64,000 bases of DNA from a virus: positions 1 through 64,000 of IMG/VR virus record IMGVR_UViG_3300044683_000172, one strand, 5' to 3'. Below the pieces are notes generated by a model. That model worked only from the letters and a program-made list of their open reading frames with translations. It searched no databases and had not been told where the DNA came from. Positions within the stretch are counted from its first letter, which is position 1, and each line of letters begins with the position of its first letter. A program made the position numbers and the translations under genes. Below, piece after piece: positions 27,028 to 35,022 of the stretch.

Positions 27028-27852
27028 ATGTTGGACCAAATCAAATTCACTTCCGAGCACGAATTGCCTGTGCAATCCCTAAAGAGATCAGGGATTTACC
27101 GCATCGTATCGCCAAGCGGAAATTTCTATGTAGGAAGTGCTGTTGAAATTCGAAAACGATGGCGCAATCACAAGCGTCAACTTATCTCTGGCGTTCACCA
27201 CAACAAACCGCTGCAAGCTGCTGCCAAAAAGTACGGTTTGGAAAGCCTGCGATTCGAGATCATCGAGCACTGCGATTCTGATGTGCTCATTAACAGGGAA
27301 CAGTTTTACATCGACGCGCTGCGCCCTAAGTACAACACGTGTTTGGTGGCCGGAAGCCCACGCGGCGTGAAGCGTTCCGAAGAGACGAAGGCGAAGGTGC
27401 GCGCCGCGAATGTCGGCAGGAAGCACTCCGAAGAGACGAAGGCAAAACTGAGTGCCGCGAAGATCGGTAAGAGGCTTTCTGAGGACCACAAAGCGAAGTT
27501 GAGCGCGGCACGAATCGGCAAGATCGGCAAGAAGCATTCCGAAGAGACAAAGGCGAAGATGAGTGCGGCACACACCGGTAAGAAGTTTTCTGAGGAGCAC
27601 AAGGCGAAGATGAGCGCCGCGAATATCGGCAAGAAGCATTCCGAAGAGGCAAAGGCAAAAATGAGCGCGACACGAACCGGTAAGAGGCTTTCTGAGGAGC
27701 ACAAGGCAAATATGAGCGCCGCGCTTACCGGCAGGAAGCTTTCTGAGGAGCACAAGGCGAAGCTGCGCGCAGCGCGTCTGGCCTATTTGTCAAGGCGCAA
27801 CGGCGAGATTGGCACTTCGCTCGGATTTTCTTTCCCTGCTGATTCACTTTGA
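27028..27852 (+). CDS. GIY-YIG homing endonuclease with about 10 tandem NUMOD3-like repeats
   Basis: GIYRIVSPSGNFYVGSAVEIRKRWRNH...E catalytic module, then repeated SEE(T/H)KAK(M/L)SAA..GKKHS units (repetitive also at the DNA level, 27360-27780). Confidence 0.8.
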   Translation: MLDQIKFTSEHELPVQSLKRSGIYRIVSPSGNFYVGSAVEIRKRWRNHKRQLISGVHHNKPLQAAAKKYGLESLRFEIIEHCDSDVLINREQFYIDALRPKYNTCLVAGSPRGVKRSEETKAKVRAANVGRKHSEETKAKLSAAKIGKRLSEDHKAKLSAARIGKIGKKHSEETKAKMSAAHTGKKFSEEHKAKMSAANIGKKHSEEAKAKMSATRTGKRLSEEHKANMSAALTGRKLSEEHKAKLRAARLAYLSRRNGEIGTSLGFSFPADSL

Positions 27853-27891
27853 AGCGCTAATATCAACTCTTTCTAACCTGGAGCCGTCTAC

Positions 27892-29040
27892 ATGACCGAC
27901 ATCCATTTCGAGCAATTCAACCCCCAACAAAAACGTGCCGTGGAATTGGCCGTCAGTTGGTACAAAGGCTGGGCTGACCGCAGCCATCGCAAGCAAATCT
28001 TTCGCCTCGGCGGTTATGCGGGCACTGGCAAAACGACCGTCGCACGAGTGATCGCTGAGTTGTGCGGCGGACAGCGCAAGGTCGTGTTCATTGCGCCGAC
28101 CGGAAAGGCCGCGAGTCGCCTGCGCCAAAAGGGTTGTGCCTACGCAAAGACCATGCACAGTTTCATCTACAACGTGCGCGGCGAAGACGAAGAAGGCGAA
28201 CCCATATTCAGCGCAAAAGGCGCGTTGGATGAGCGCCCGGTGCTTGTGATCATGGACGAGGCATCGATGGTCGGCGAGTATGACCGAAAGAACTTGCTGA
28301 TGCACGGCATCCCAATCCTGGAAATCGGCGACCCTGGCCAAATTCCACCGGTGAAAGACAAGCAAGTATTCACGCTCGATTCGCTGGACTTCGTTCTGGA
28401 AGACATCGAGCGCAACGCCGGCAATATCGTCAAGGCATCCATGTTTATTCGCCAAGGCAAGCGCCTTCCTGTCCGCGAGTATGACGATGCGCGCGTTCGC
28501 GAAGGGAAGCCGGACGATGCGACGATGCGCGAACATCTGGGCGAGGATGCCGTAATTCTGTGCGCATTCAACTCCAGCCGCGAGTGGATGAACGAACGGG
28601 CGCGACGACTGCTTGGCTTCTCCGGAGACATCCCGCAAGTTGGCGAGAAGGTTGTATGCACCTTCAACCAGCACGGCTATGGCTGGATGAACGGAGAACA
28701 GGGAATCATCATCAATTACTATGACATTCCTGACGAAGAGAAGGACGACGAAAACGAAGACTGCATGTTTGCAACGATCAAGTCCCTGACGGACGGAAAA
28801 GAGCGTCGCATCATGTTTAATCCGCTTTCGTTCTCGCCGGACGGCGAACAGAAGAAAGCCGCACAGCGCTCGATTGGCGGCGTGGACTACGGCTACTGCC
28901 TCACTGTCCACAAGTCGCAGGGGAGTGAGTGGCCGCGCGTGATGATTATCGAAGAAACATTGCGCGGTGTCCCATACGAGCAAATGATGTATACTGCTGT
29001 GACGCGCGCCATCGACCAATTCACGCTGTACCGACAATAG
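27892..29040 (+). CDS. Dda/RecD-like superfamily 1 DNA helicase
   Basis: Walker A GGYAGTGKTT, VLVIMDEASMV, and the RecD-family motif TVHKSQGSEW. Confidence 0.8.
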   Translation: MTDIHFEQFNPQQKRAVELAVSWYKGWADRSHRKQIFRLGGYAGTGKTTVARVIAELCGGQRKVVFIAPTGKAASRLRQKGCAYAKTMHSFIYNVRGEDEEGEPIFSAKGALDERPVLVIMDEASMVGEYDRKNLLMHGIPILEIGDPGQIPPVKDKQVFTLDSLDFVLEDIERNAGNIVKASMFIRQGKRLPVREYDDARVREGKPDDATMREHLGEDAVILCAFNSSREWMNERARRLLGFSGDIPQVGEKVVCTFNQHGYGWMNGEQGIIINYYDIPDEEKDDENEDCMFATIKSLTDGKERRIMFNPLSFSPDGEQKKAAQRSIGGVDYGYCLTVHKSQGSEWPRVMIIEETLRGVPYEQMMYTAVTRAIDQFTLYRQ

Positions 29041-29046
29041 TGAATG

Positions 29047-29089
29047 TTTTAAAGTTCCGATAGGACACTGATTTAAAGTGTACTTTAAA
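29047..29089. promoter_or_regulatory. operator-like palindrome TTTAAAGTGTACTTTAAA (29072-29089) with an additional TTTAAAGT half-site at 29047
   Basis: Perfect 8-bp arms around a GT centre, between the helicase gene and the next gene. Confidence 0.35.
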
Positions 29090-29133
29090 GGAAGCGGAGC
29101 CCATATGAAATTTATTTGGGAGTCGCTTCCTTT
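29090..29133 (+). terminator. rho-independent terminator (ggaagcg...cgcttcc + TTTTTCGTTTTTC)
   Basis: 7-bp GC-rich stem followed by a long T tract. Confidence 0.5.
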
Positions 29134-29210
29134 TTCGTTTTTCTGGAGGCATAATAACTACACCTCAGCGGAAACGCTTAATTCGATCTAACCAAATTTC
29201 GGAGAACATT

Positions 29211-29975
29211 ATGTCGCAAAACGAAGAACAAGCCAAGGCAGCACGGGACGAAGCAAAGGCCGCCAAGAAGGCCCAGCGCGAAGCCGAGAAGCAGCGCAAG
29301 GCCGAGGAAAAGGCCGCGAAGGACGCCGAGAAGCAAGCGCAGCGCGAAGCCGAACTGAAGAAGAAGGAAGAAGAGCGCGCCGCCAAGGCTGCCGAAAAGC
29401 AGGCCGAACGCGAAGCGAAGAACCGCGAAATGGCCGAGAAGCGCGAACAGGAAAAGGCCGCCAAGGCTGCTGAACGCGAAGCCGCGAAGGCCGAGGCCGC
29501 TGCGAAGAAGGAAGCCGACAAGGCCGCGAAGAAGGAAGCGCGCGAAGCCGAGAAGGCTGCTGCGAAGGCCCAGAAGGAAGCCGACAAGGAAGCGAAGAAG
29601 GCTGCCCGTCTGGCCGAAATCGAAGAGCGCAAGCAGGCTCGCAAGGCGGAAGCCAAGGCGCGTGCCGAGGCTGTGGCGGCCCGCAAGGCCGAAACCAAGG
29701 GCGACGGTCGGCGCGCGAAGGCAACGCACATCGTGTACAACGGCCATGGCCTGAGCAACCCGCAAGCAATGTCGGTGCGCGGCAATGTGCTGGCGAAGAT
29801 CAAGGAAAACTGCCCGGTCGGCGAACAAGTCAGCATCGAGCAAGTGGCCGCGTTCTGCAAGCCCGTTCTGTACGGCGCGAACGTTCGAAGCTTCCTGGCC
29901 AAACTCGAAGAGATGGGCCATCTGGATTTCGTGACCGTGTCCAGCGAGCCGGCTGCGGAACCTGAAGCCGCGTGA
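29211..29975 (+). CDS. Lys/Ala/Glu-rich coiled-coil protein (histone H1-like or KfrA-like low-complexity N-region) with globular C-terminal domain
   Basis: About 160 aa of AKAAEKQAEREAK-type repeats, then a compact C-terminal domain (HIVYNGHGLSNPQAMSVRGNVLAKIKENCPVGEQVSIEQVAAFC...). Confidence 0.6.
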   Translation: MSQNEEQAKAARDEAKAAKKAQREAEKQRKAEEKAAKDAEKQAQREAELKKKEEERAAKAAEKQAEREAKNREMAEKREQEKAAKAAEREAAKAEAAAKKEADKAAKKEAREAEKAAAKAQKEADKEAKKAARLAEIEERKQARKAEAKARAEAVAARKAETKGDGRRAKATHIVYNGHGLSNPQAMSVRGNVLAKIKENCPVGEQVSIEQVAAFCKPVLYGANVRSFLAKLEEMGHLDFVTVSSEPAAEPEAA

Positions 29976-30123
29976 CGCTCTCTAAGTAACTCCCCCACTC
30001 ACTGGTTACACCCACGGCCAGTGATTTTGTGCAGACCCGCTTAGATGTCAGAGACTCCCCGGAATCTGACGTATAATCTAAGCGGGTTCTTTTTCGTCTA
30101 AAGAATGAACAGAAAGGATAATC

Positions 30124-31107
30124 ATGGCTAAATACAATCGCATTATCGGCGCAGGCTTGGCTGGTCTGATCGCGGCGTGTCACTTCAAGGATGCCGAGAT
30201 TTACGAGGCCGGTCCACGGCAAGACAACCACAAGGCTCTTTTGCGATTTCGCGACGAGTCGGTGTCCAATCTGACTGGCATCCCGTTCAAACCGGTCACC
30301 GTCGATAAGGCGATCTACTTGGATGGCTGTTCGCCGGGATCGCGTGAGCGCGGCCTGTATGGCGCCTGTACCATCCAGATGGCCAATTGGTATGCCACGA
30401 AGACGACCGGACACGTTGCCGGCCGCAGCATCTGGAACCTGGAGCGGGCGACTCGCTATATCGCGCCGGAAGATTTCCATCAACGTCTCGTGGACAAGGC
30501 TGGATTCCTGGTCAACTACGAAAAGCCGATTGATACGATCCACTCGTGGGACAAACATCATTACAACACCATCAGCACCGCACCTTTGCCGGTCATGTTG
30601 AAGGCAGCTGGAATCGAGTTGCCGCATCTTCAAACGGAAAAGGCGCCGATCAAGGTTCAGCGTTTCCGCATTCCGAAGTGCGATGTTTACCAAACGATTT
30701 ATTTCCCTGAGATGGAATTGCGAGTGTTCCGAGCTTCCATAACCGGAGATATGTTGATCATCGAATCGGTGATGGAAAAGCACAATTCGGTGTTCGATTG
30801 GTGGTACATGCCAGATGCCGAATTGGATGTGGTTCTCACCGCGTTTGGTCTGAACCATCTACTGATGGACATCGAGCACCTGGAAGATGTTGAGCAGAAG
30901 TATGGCAAGATCGTGCCGATATCTTCCGAGCAGCGTCACGCGGTTCTCTATGAGCTCACCGAGCGATTCGGCGTCTATTCGCTGGGGCGATTCGCGACGT
31001 GGCGGAACATCCTTCTGGACGATGTGGTGAAGGACATCGCCGTGATCGACCGACTCATCAAGGCGTCCGACTATGGGCGCCTCCACATGACTTCGGAGAT
31101 GGTATGA
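30124..31107 (+). CDS. FAD/NAD(P)-binding flavoprotein of the UDP-galactopyranose mutase / amine-oxidase-like fold
   Basis: N-terminal IIGAGLAGLIAA dinucleotide-binding motif. C-terminal GRFATWRNILLDDVVKDIAVIDRLI resembles the UGM/amine-oxidase C-terminal signature (GRLGTYRYLDMD-like). Confidence 0.55.
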   Translation: MAKYNRIIGAGLAGLIAACHFKDAEIYEAGPRQDNHKALLRFRDESVSNLTGIPFKPVTVDKAIYLDGCSPGSRERGLYGACTIQMANWYATKTTGHVAGRSIWNLERATRYIAPEDFHQRLVDKAGFLVNYEKPIDTIHSWDKHHYNTISTAPLPVMLKAAGIELPHLQTEKAPIKVQRFRIPKCDVYQTIYFPEMELRVFRASITGDMLIIESVMEKHNSVFDWWYMPDAELDVVLTAFGLNHLLMDIEHLEDVEQKYGKIVPISSEQRHAVLYELTERFGVYSLGRFATWRNILLDDVVKDIAVIDRLIKASDYGRLHMTSEMV

Positions 31108-31463
31108 TCAGCAAGCTTGATAAGGCTCAAATGGCTGAATACGGCAACGCCAGCGTCGTGTGCACCGCTCCTGGTCCGTTGAACGGAAAGATGGCGTTGG
31201 CGCGGCCGCATCCGACTCAGCCGGACATGTTCTTGGTCCAGTTCAACGATCTGAATTCGCGTTGGCCTAACACTACGTTTGATGATTTCAACTACGAGTG
31301 GCAGCCGCGCAACTGCCTTGGCTTCGGGTGGACGGTCTTCCAATCCAAATTCTTCAAGTCGATGACGAAAGAGGATTTGGACAAGCGCGTGAAATTCCGA
31401 TGCTTGCCGTCTGGGTTGCCCGTTGGGCGACTCATATCTGTGACCACCAAATTCCCAGATTGA
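31104..31463 (+). CDS. hypothetical protein
   Basis: Start overlaps the upstream stop (ATGA). Confidence 0.45.
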   Translation: MISKLDKAQMAEYGNASVVCTAPGPLNGKMALARPHPTQPDMFLVQFNDLNSRWPNTTFDDFNYEWQPRNCLGFGWTVFQSKFFKSMTKEDLDKRVKFRCLPSGLPVGRLISVTTKFPD

Positions 31464-31507
31464 CGTGAACATCAGCGATGAGGCATAATAACCTCATCGC
31501 TTTTGCG
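31460..31507 (+). promoter_or_regulatory. promoter-like TTGACG-18nt-CATAAT whose -10 lies in the loop of a GC hairpin (gcgatgagg...cctcatcgc + TTTT), a combined terminator and promoter
   Basis: The hairpin plus T-run terminates the upstream gene. The motif GAGGCATAATAAC is also found at 29135-29147. Confidence 0.45.
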
Positions 31508-31529
31508 TTTCTCAGAAAGGAATAGAACT

Positions 31530-31715
31530 ATGAAGGCCGTACTTGCTTCCATCCGACAGTTGGCTTCCATCGCCGTTCAAGAGGCCGTCGCTCGCATCAA
31601 GGATCGTTCTGTCAGCGAGCCGCCGACGTTCTACTGCCAGGAGTTGGATTCGTTTACCGGAGATGACGGCCTTCAGTATGTTGTTGAAATCACTGTACGT
31701 CTGAAGGAGGATTGA
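31530..31715 (+). CDS. hypothetical protein
   Basis: RBS cagaaaggaatagaactATG. Confidence 0.4.
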   Translation: MKAVLASIRQLASIAVQEAVARIKDRSVSEPPTFYCQELDSFTGDDGLQYVVEITVRLKED

Positions 31716-31889
31716 ATGTACAAGGTTCTGGTCACGACGATTTATATCGGTTGCGGCTCGGGAGCAGCCGTCCATACGTCTACTATCGAATTCGATAGCC
31801 ACGCGCTCGCTACCGCTGCCGTTCGTATCATCAACGAAAACCACTGCGACAATAACTACAGCCAGAAAGCCCTGGCCCTCTTCCAATGA
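31716..31889 (+). CDS. small hypothetical protein (57 aa)
   Basis: RBS aaggaggattgaATG. Stop overlaps the ThyX-like start. Confidence 0.3.
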   Translation: MYKVLVTTIYIGCGSGAAVHTSTIEFDSHALATAAVRIINENHCDNNYSQKALALFQ

Positions 31890-32716
31890 AAGTCACCCTC
31901 ATATCCCACACCCAAAACGCTCTGGAGCTTCTGGTTGATACGAAGCACACGCGTATGCGCGGCAAGACGGCCGATCAGATGACTGAAGCCGAACGATATG
32001 AGCACTTCCAGTACATGCTTGATACGATCCGCTCGCCGTTCGAGTTCGTTGATTACATCTTCCAGATCGAAGGCGTGTCCAAGAACTTCACGCATCAACT
32101 GGTTCGCACACGTACGGGCGCGTATCAGCAGGAAACCAGTCGCGCGCTGGAAATATCGGCCTTCGATACGATCAAGCCGAAGGCATTCGATGGAAACGGA
32201 CAGATAGATACGCCCTTGAATGAAGTTTGGGCGGACGCAATCGCCGATGCAGACGCCAACTACAAACAGTTGATTGCAATGGGCGCCGACCTTCAAGACG
32301 CCCGCGCCATCCTTCCGTCCAACATGGCCACCAAGATCATGGCCAAGTTTAATCTCCGGACGCTTTCTGATATGGCCAAGAACCGCCTGTGCGCACGTAC
32401 ACAAGGTGAGTATCAGGAAGTCTTTCGGGCAATGCGCGCGGCGGTGTTGGAAGTTCATCCCTGGTCCGACCCGCTCTTGCAGGTGGCGTGCGTTGCGACA
32501 GGGCAATGCGCCTTTCCGCGTTGGGGATCGAAGGTTATCGAGACGACGGCAAACGTACTGGGCCGCGATACCGTCATCGGTCAGAAGTATCAGTGTCCGC
32601 ACTATCGGCCTTGGATGGACCTGTCCGCTCAGAAGGAAGCATTGCGCGTATCCTTCTGGTCCAAGGAAGAAATCGCGCAAGCCAACCCCGTCGCCAAGAA
32701 TGGCGTTTCCATGTAA
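31886..32716 (+). CDS. ThyX-family (flavin-dependent thymidylate synthase-like) enzyme with divergent signature (RTR..G....S.R instead of RHR..S....S.R)
   Basis: HQLVRTRTGAYQQETSRA aligns to the ThyX RHRxxSxxxxSxR motif. The second block NLRTLSDMAKNRLCARTQGEYQEV aligns to the ThyX dUMP-binding NxRxLxxxxxxRxxxxAQxEI block. Confidence 0.7.
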   Translation: MKVTLISHTQNALELLVDTKHTRMRGKTADQMTEAERYEHFQYMLDTIRSPFEFVDYIFQIEGVSKNFTHQLVRTRTGAYQQETSRALEISAFDTIKPKAFDGNGQIDTPLNEVWADAIADADANYKQLIAMGADLQDARAILPSNMATKIMAKFNLRTLSDMAKNRLCARTQGEYQEVFRAMRAAVLEVHPWSDPLLQVACVATGQCAFPRWGSKVIETTANVLGRDTVIGQKYQCPHYRPWMDLSAQKEALRVSFWSKEEIAQANPVAKNGVSM

Positions 32717-32724
32717 GGAACTTC

Positions 32725-33858
32725 ATGAACATCATCAACGAAACTCCCAAGCGACCGCTCTACATCTTCGACCTGGATGGCACCGTTTCATCGGACGGCT
32801 GGCGCAAGCATCTTCTGCCGAAACACCCGGACGGCCAGCCGCGTGCGGAGAATGATGGAACGATTCCCCACGATGCGTACGACAAGTACCATTCCCTGCT
32901 GGGCGGCGATATGCCCATGTACGCTGGATTCAAGTGCCTGAAGCGTGCCATTGCTTTGGGCGCCTTCATCGTTTTCTTCACGGCACGGCCGACGTCTTAT
33001 CACGAAAAGACTGTTGAATGGCTGGAAAAGTTTCTCGGCAACTTCGATTACTGGCTTTACATGCGTGACGATGATGATCTTCGCGGCTCCGTTGAGCTCA
33101 AGTTGGATATGTTGAGCCGTCTCAAAGAAACGCTGAAGTTGAGCGCCCATTGGCACTTGGAAACCATCGCCATCTACGATGACCGAGCCGATGTTCTTGG
33201 AGCAATCGGCAGCACCGGCATCAACGCCTTCCGTATCACCGAGAACAATGAAGTTGTGATGGTCTCGTATCACAACGGACATAAATTCCCGAAGGAGATG
33301 TCTGCTCTTCACGAACAGATCAACGCCGGAGCCGCCGGGAATTGCGACCCCAACAAAAAACAAGACGCGAACGTCAAGGCCATCGAAGAAACGAAAACCA
33401 TTGGCGATATCTCGATCAAGACGCGAACCGAATTCGTCGCGCCTGCCAATCACGTCAGCGGATTCGTTGATAAACCCGAATCCCTGGCCAAAGCCATTGG
33501 AAATGCATGGGAGGCTGTGATGGGCCTTACCGGGAAGCCCGTTCGAGAAACGAGCGCGGCCGACCTGCTGGACGAAATGGCCGCGACGTTCCGAGAGCGC
33601 AACAAGGTGTACGGCAACAACGAGAAGCTGGTTGGCGACGTGATGTCCGCGATGTTTCCGAATGGCGTGACGCTCCGGACGGCAGCAGACTTTCGCATGT
33701 GGCACCTGTTTGAATTGAAGGTGGTGAAGTTGACACGTTTCGCTGTCTCCGGCCTGCAGCACCAAGACTCCATCCACGACGACGGCGTTTATAGCGCCAT
33801 GTGTGAACGTCTGGTTGGTACCCACAACATTCAAATCAACCAGGACGAATCGGAGTGA
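32725..33858 (+). CDS. HAD-superfamily phosphatase (likely (deoxy)nucleotide 5'-phosphatase) with additional ~180-aa C-terminal domain
   Basis: Motif I LYIFDLDGTV. Motif II FFTARPT. Later YDDRADVLG (Asp pair). Confidence 0.6.
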   Translation: MNIINETPKRPLYIFDLDGTVSSDGWRKHLLPKHPDGQPRAENDGTIPHDAYDKYHSLLGGDMPMYAGFKCLKRAIALGAFIVFFTARPTSYHEKTVEWLEKFLGNFDYWLYMRDDDDLRGSVELKLDMLSRLKETLKLSAHWHLETIAIYDDRADVLGAIGSTGINAFRITENNEVVMVSYHNGHKFPKEMSALHEQINAGAAGNCDPNKKQDANVKAIEETKTIGDISIKTRTEFVAPANHVSGFVDKPESLAKAIGNAWEAVMGLTGKPVRETSAADLLDEMAATFRERNKVYGNNEKLVGDVMSAMFPNGVTLRTAADFRMWHLFELKVVKLTRFAVSGLQHQDSIHDDGVYSAMCERLVGTHNIQINQDESE

Positions 33859-33860
33859 CC

Positions 33861-34268
33861 ATGGAAGACAAATTCTCTGAAGACAATCCGAAATACGGAA
33901 TGCCACCGTTGAATGATTATGACCGCCGAAAGGAGTTGCAGGAAGCCGATTTGTTGCCTGCTTACAGTCACTTCTCCCAGCTGAATCCGGCCGAGCAAGA
34001 GCGGCTGACGCTTTTGTACGAAGAGGCCAGCGAAGTCATCAAGGAAGTGGCCAAGATTCAGCGACACGGCTTTGAGTCGCGCAATCCGGATAATCCGATG
34101 GCGAACACCAACCGGCAGAATTTGGCCATCGAAATCGGTCAACTTCAGTTTATCATCAACGTTCTGAAAGAGCGCGGCGATGTGGACGGAAAATTGGTTG
34201 ATCACGTCGCCAAGGAGCGCCATCTTTCCATCAACCGTTACCTCCACCACAACAAATTTCGAGCATGA
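33861..34268 (+). CDS. MazG-like nucleotide pyrophosphohydrolase
   Basis: LYEEASEVIKEVAKI...IEIGQLQFIINVL fits the EExxE...E..D/Q all-alpha NTP-PPase pattern. Confidence 0.6.
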   Translation: MEDKFSEDNPKYGMPPLNDYDRRKELQEADLLPAYSHFSQLNPAEQERLTLLYEEASEVIKEVAKIQRHGFESRNPDNPMANTNRQNLAIEIGQLQFIINVLKERGDVDGKLVDHVAKERHLSINRYLHHNKFRA

Positions 34269-34984
34269 ACTCCTTTGTGAACAAAACGTCTGACAACCGA
34301 CTCGCCGGCAAATCCTTCATCGTCACCGGCGCTGGCGCTGGTCTGGGCGCGGCGATCTGCCGACGCCTGAATGAATCCGGAGCGCGTACGTACGGCATCG
34401 ACATCAAGTGGGGAAGCGATGTGCGTGACCCGGCCATCTGGGATGCTTACAAGGGATGGGATATCGACGGCCTGATCAACTGCGCTGGCATCAACGCCAA
34501 CGACTGGTTTGAGGATGTTAGCCCTTTCCAGTTGCAGAACGTTATGGAAGTGAACGCATTCTCGATGGTGTACGCCGTGCAAGGTTTGCTGCCGCAGCTG
34601 CACAAATCGTCGGGCGTCGTCGTCAACATCGTATCCAACGCCGCTAGTATGCCGATGACCTCGTCTCTGGCCTACAACATGTCCAAGGCGGCAGCGCTGA
34701 TGGCCACGAAGCAGATGGCGCACGAGCTTACGAAGAAATACGGGATCACCGTCTTCAGCGTCTCGCCGAACAAGCTGAAAGGCACCGAGATGTCCAAGCA
34801 GATCGAGGCCGACGTGCAACGCGTTCGCGGCTGGACGCCCGAATTCGCCGCCGACTATCAGGCCAAGTCGCTTATGCACGGGCTGGAGACGCCGCCGGAA
34901 ATGGTCGCTGAGGTCATCGTCAATGCTCTAGAAACCGGCGCGTGGAAGTATATGAGCGGGACTGACATTCCGGTCGGCAAGTAA
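34265..34984 (+). CDS. short-chain dehydrogenase/reductase (SDR)
   Basis: TGAGAGLG cofactor motif and YNMSKAA (YxxxK) catalytic motif. Confidence 0.75.
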   Translation: MNSFVNKTSDNRLAGKSFIVTGAGAGLGAAICRRLNESGARTYGIDIKWGSDVRDPAIWDAYKGWDIDGLINCAGINANDWFEDVSPFQLQNVMEVNAFSMVYAVQGLLPQLHKSSGVVVNIVSNAASMPMTSSLAYNMSKAAALMATKQMAHELTKKYGITVFSVSPNKLKGTEMSKQIEADVQRVRGWTPEFAADYQAKSLMHGLETPPEMVAEVIVNALETGAWKYMSGTDIPVGK

Positions 34985-35022
34985 GCGCGTATCATCAACT
35001 TTCTCAACTTCAAGGATTCACC

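Noticed and set aside
27360-27780. Tandem DNA repeats that could be mistaken for a CRISPR array or satellite
   Set aside because: They lie inside a continuous ORF and encode NUMOD3-like protein repeats of the GIY-YIG endonuclease. The repeats at 29220-29700 likewise encode the Lys/Ala/Glu-rich protein. No spacer/repeat architecture.
32488-32724. N-terminal extension of the HAD phosphatase ORF
   Set aside because: Overlaps the 3' end of the ThyX-like gene. The HAD motif I sits right after the ATG at 32725, which has a good RBS.
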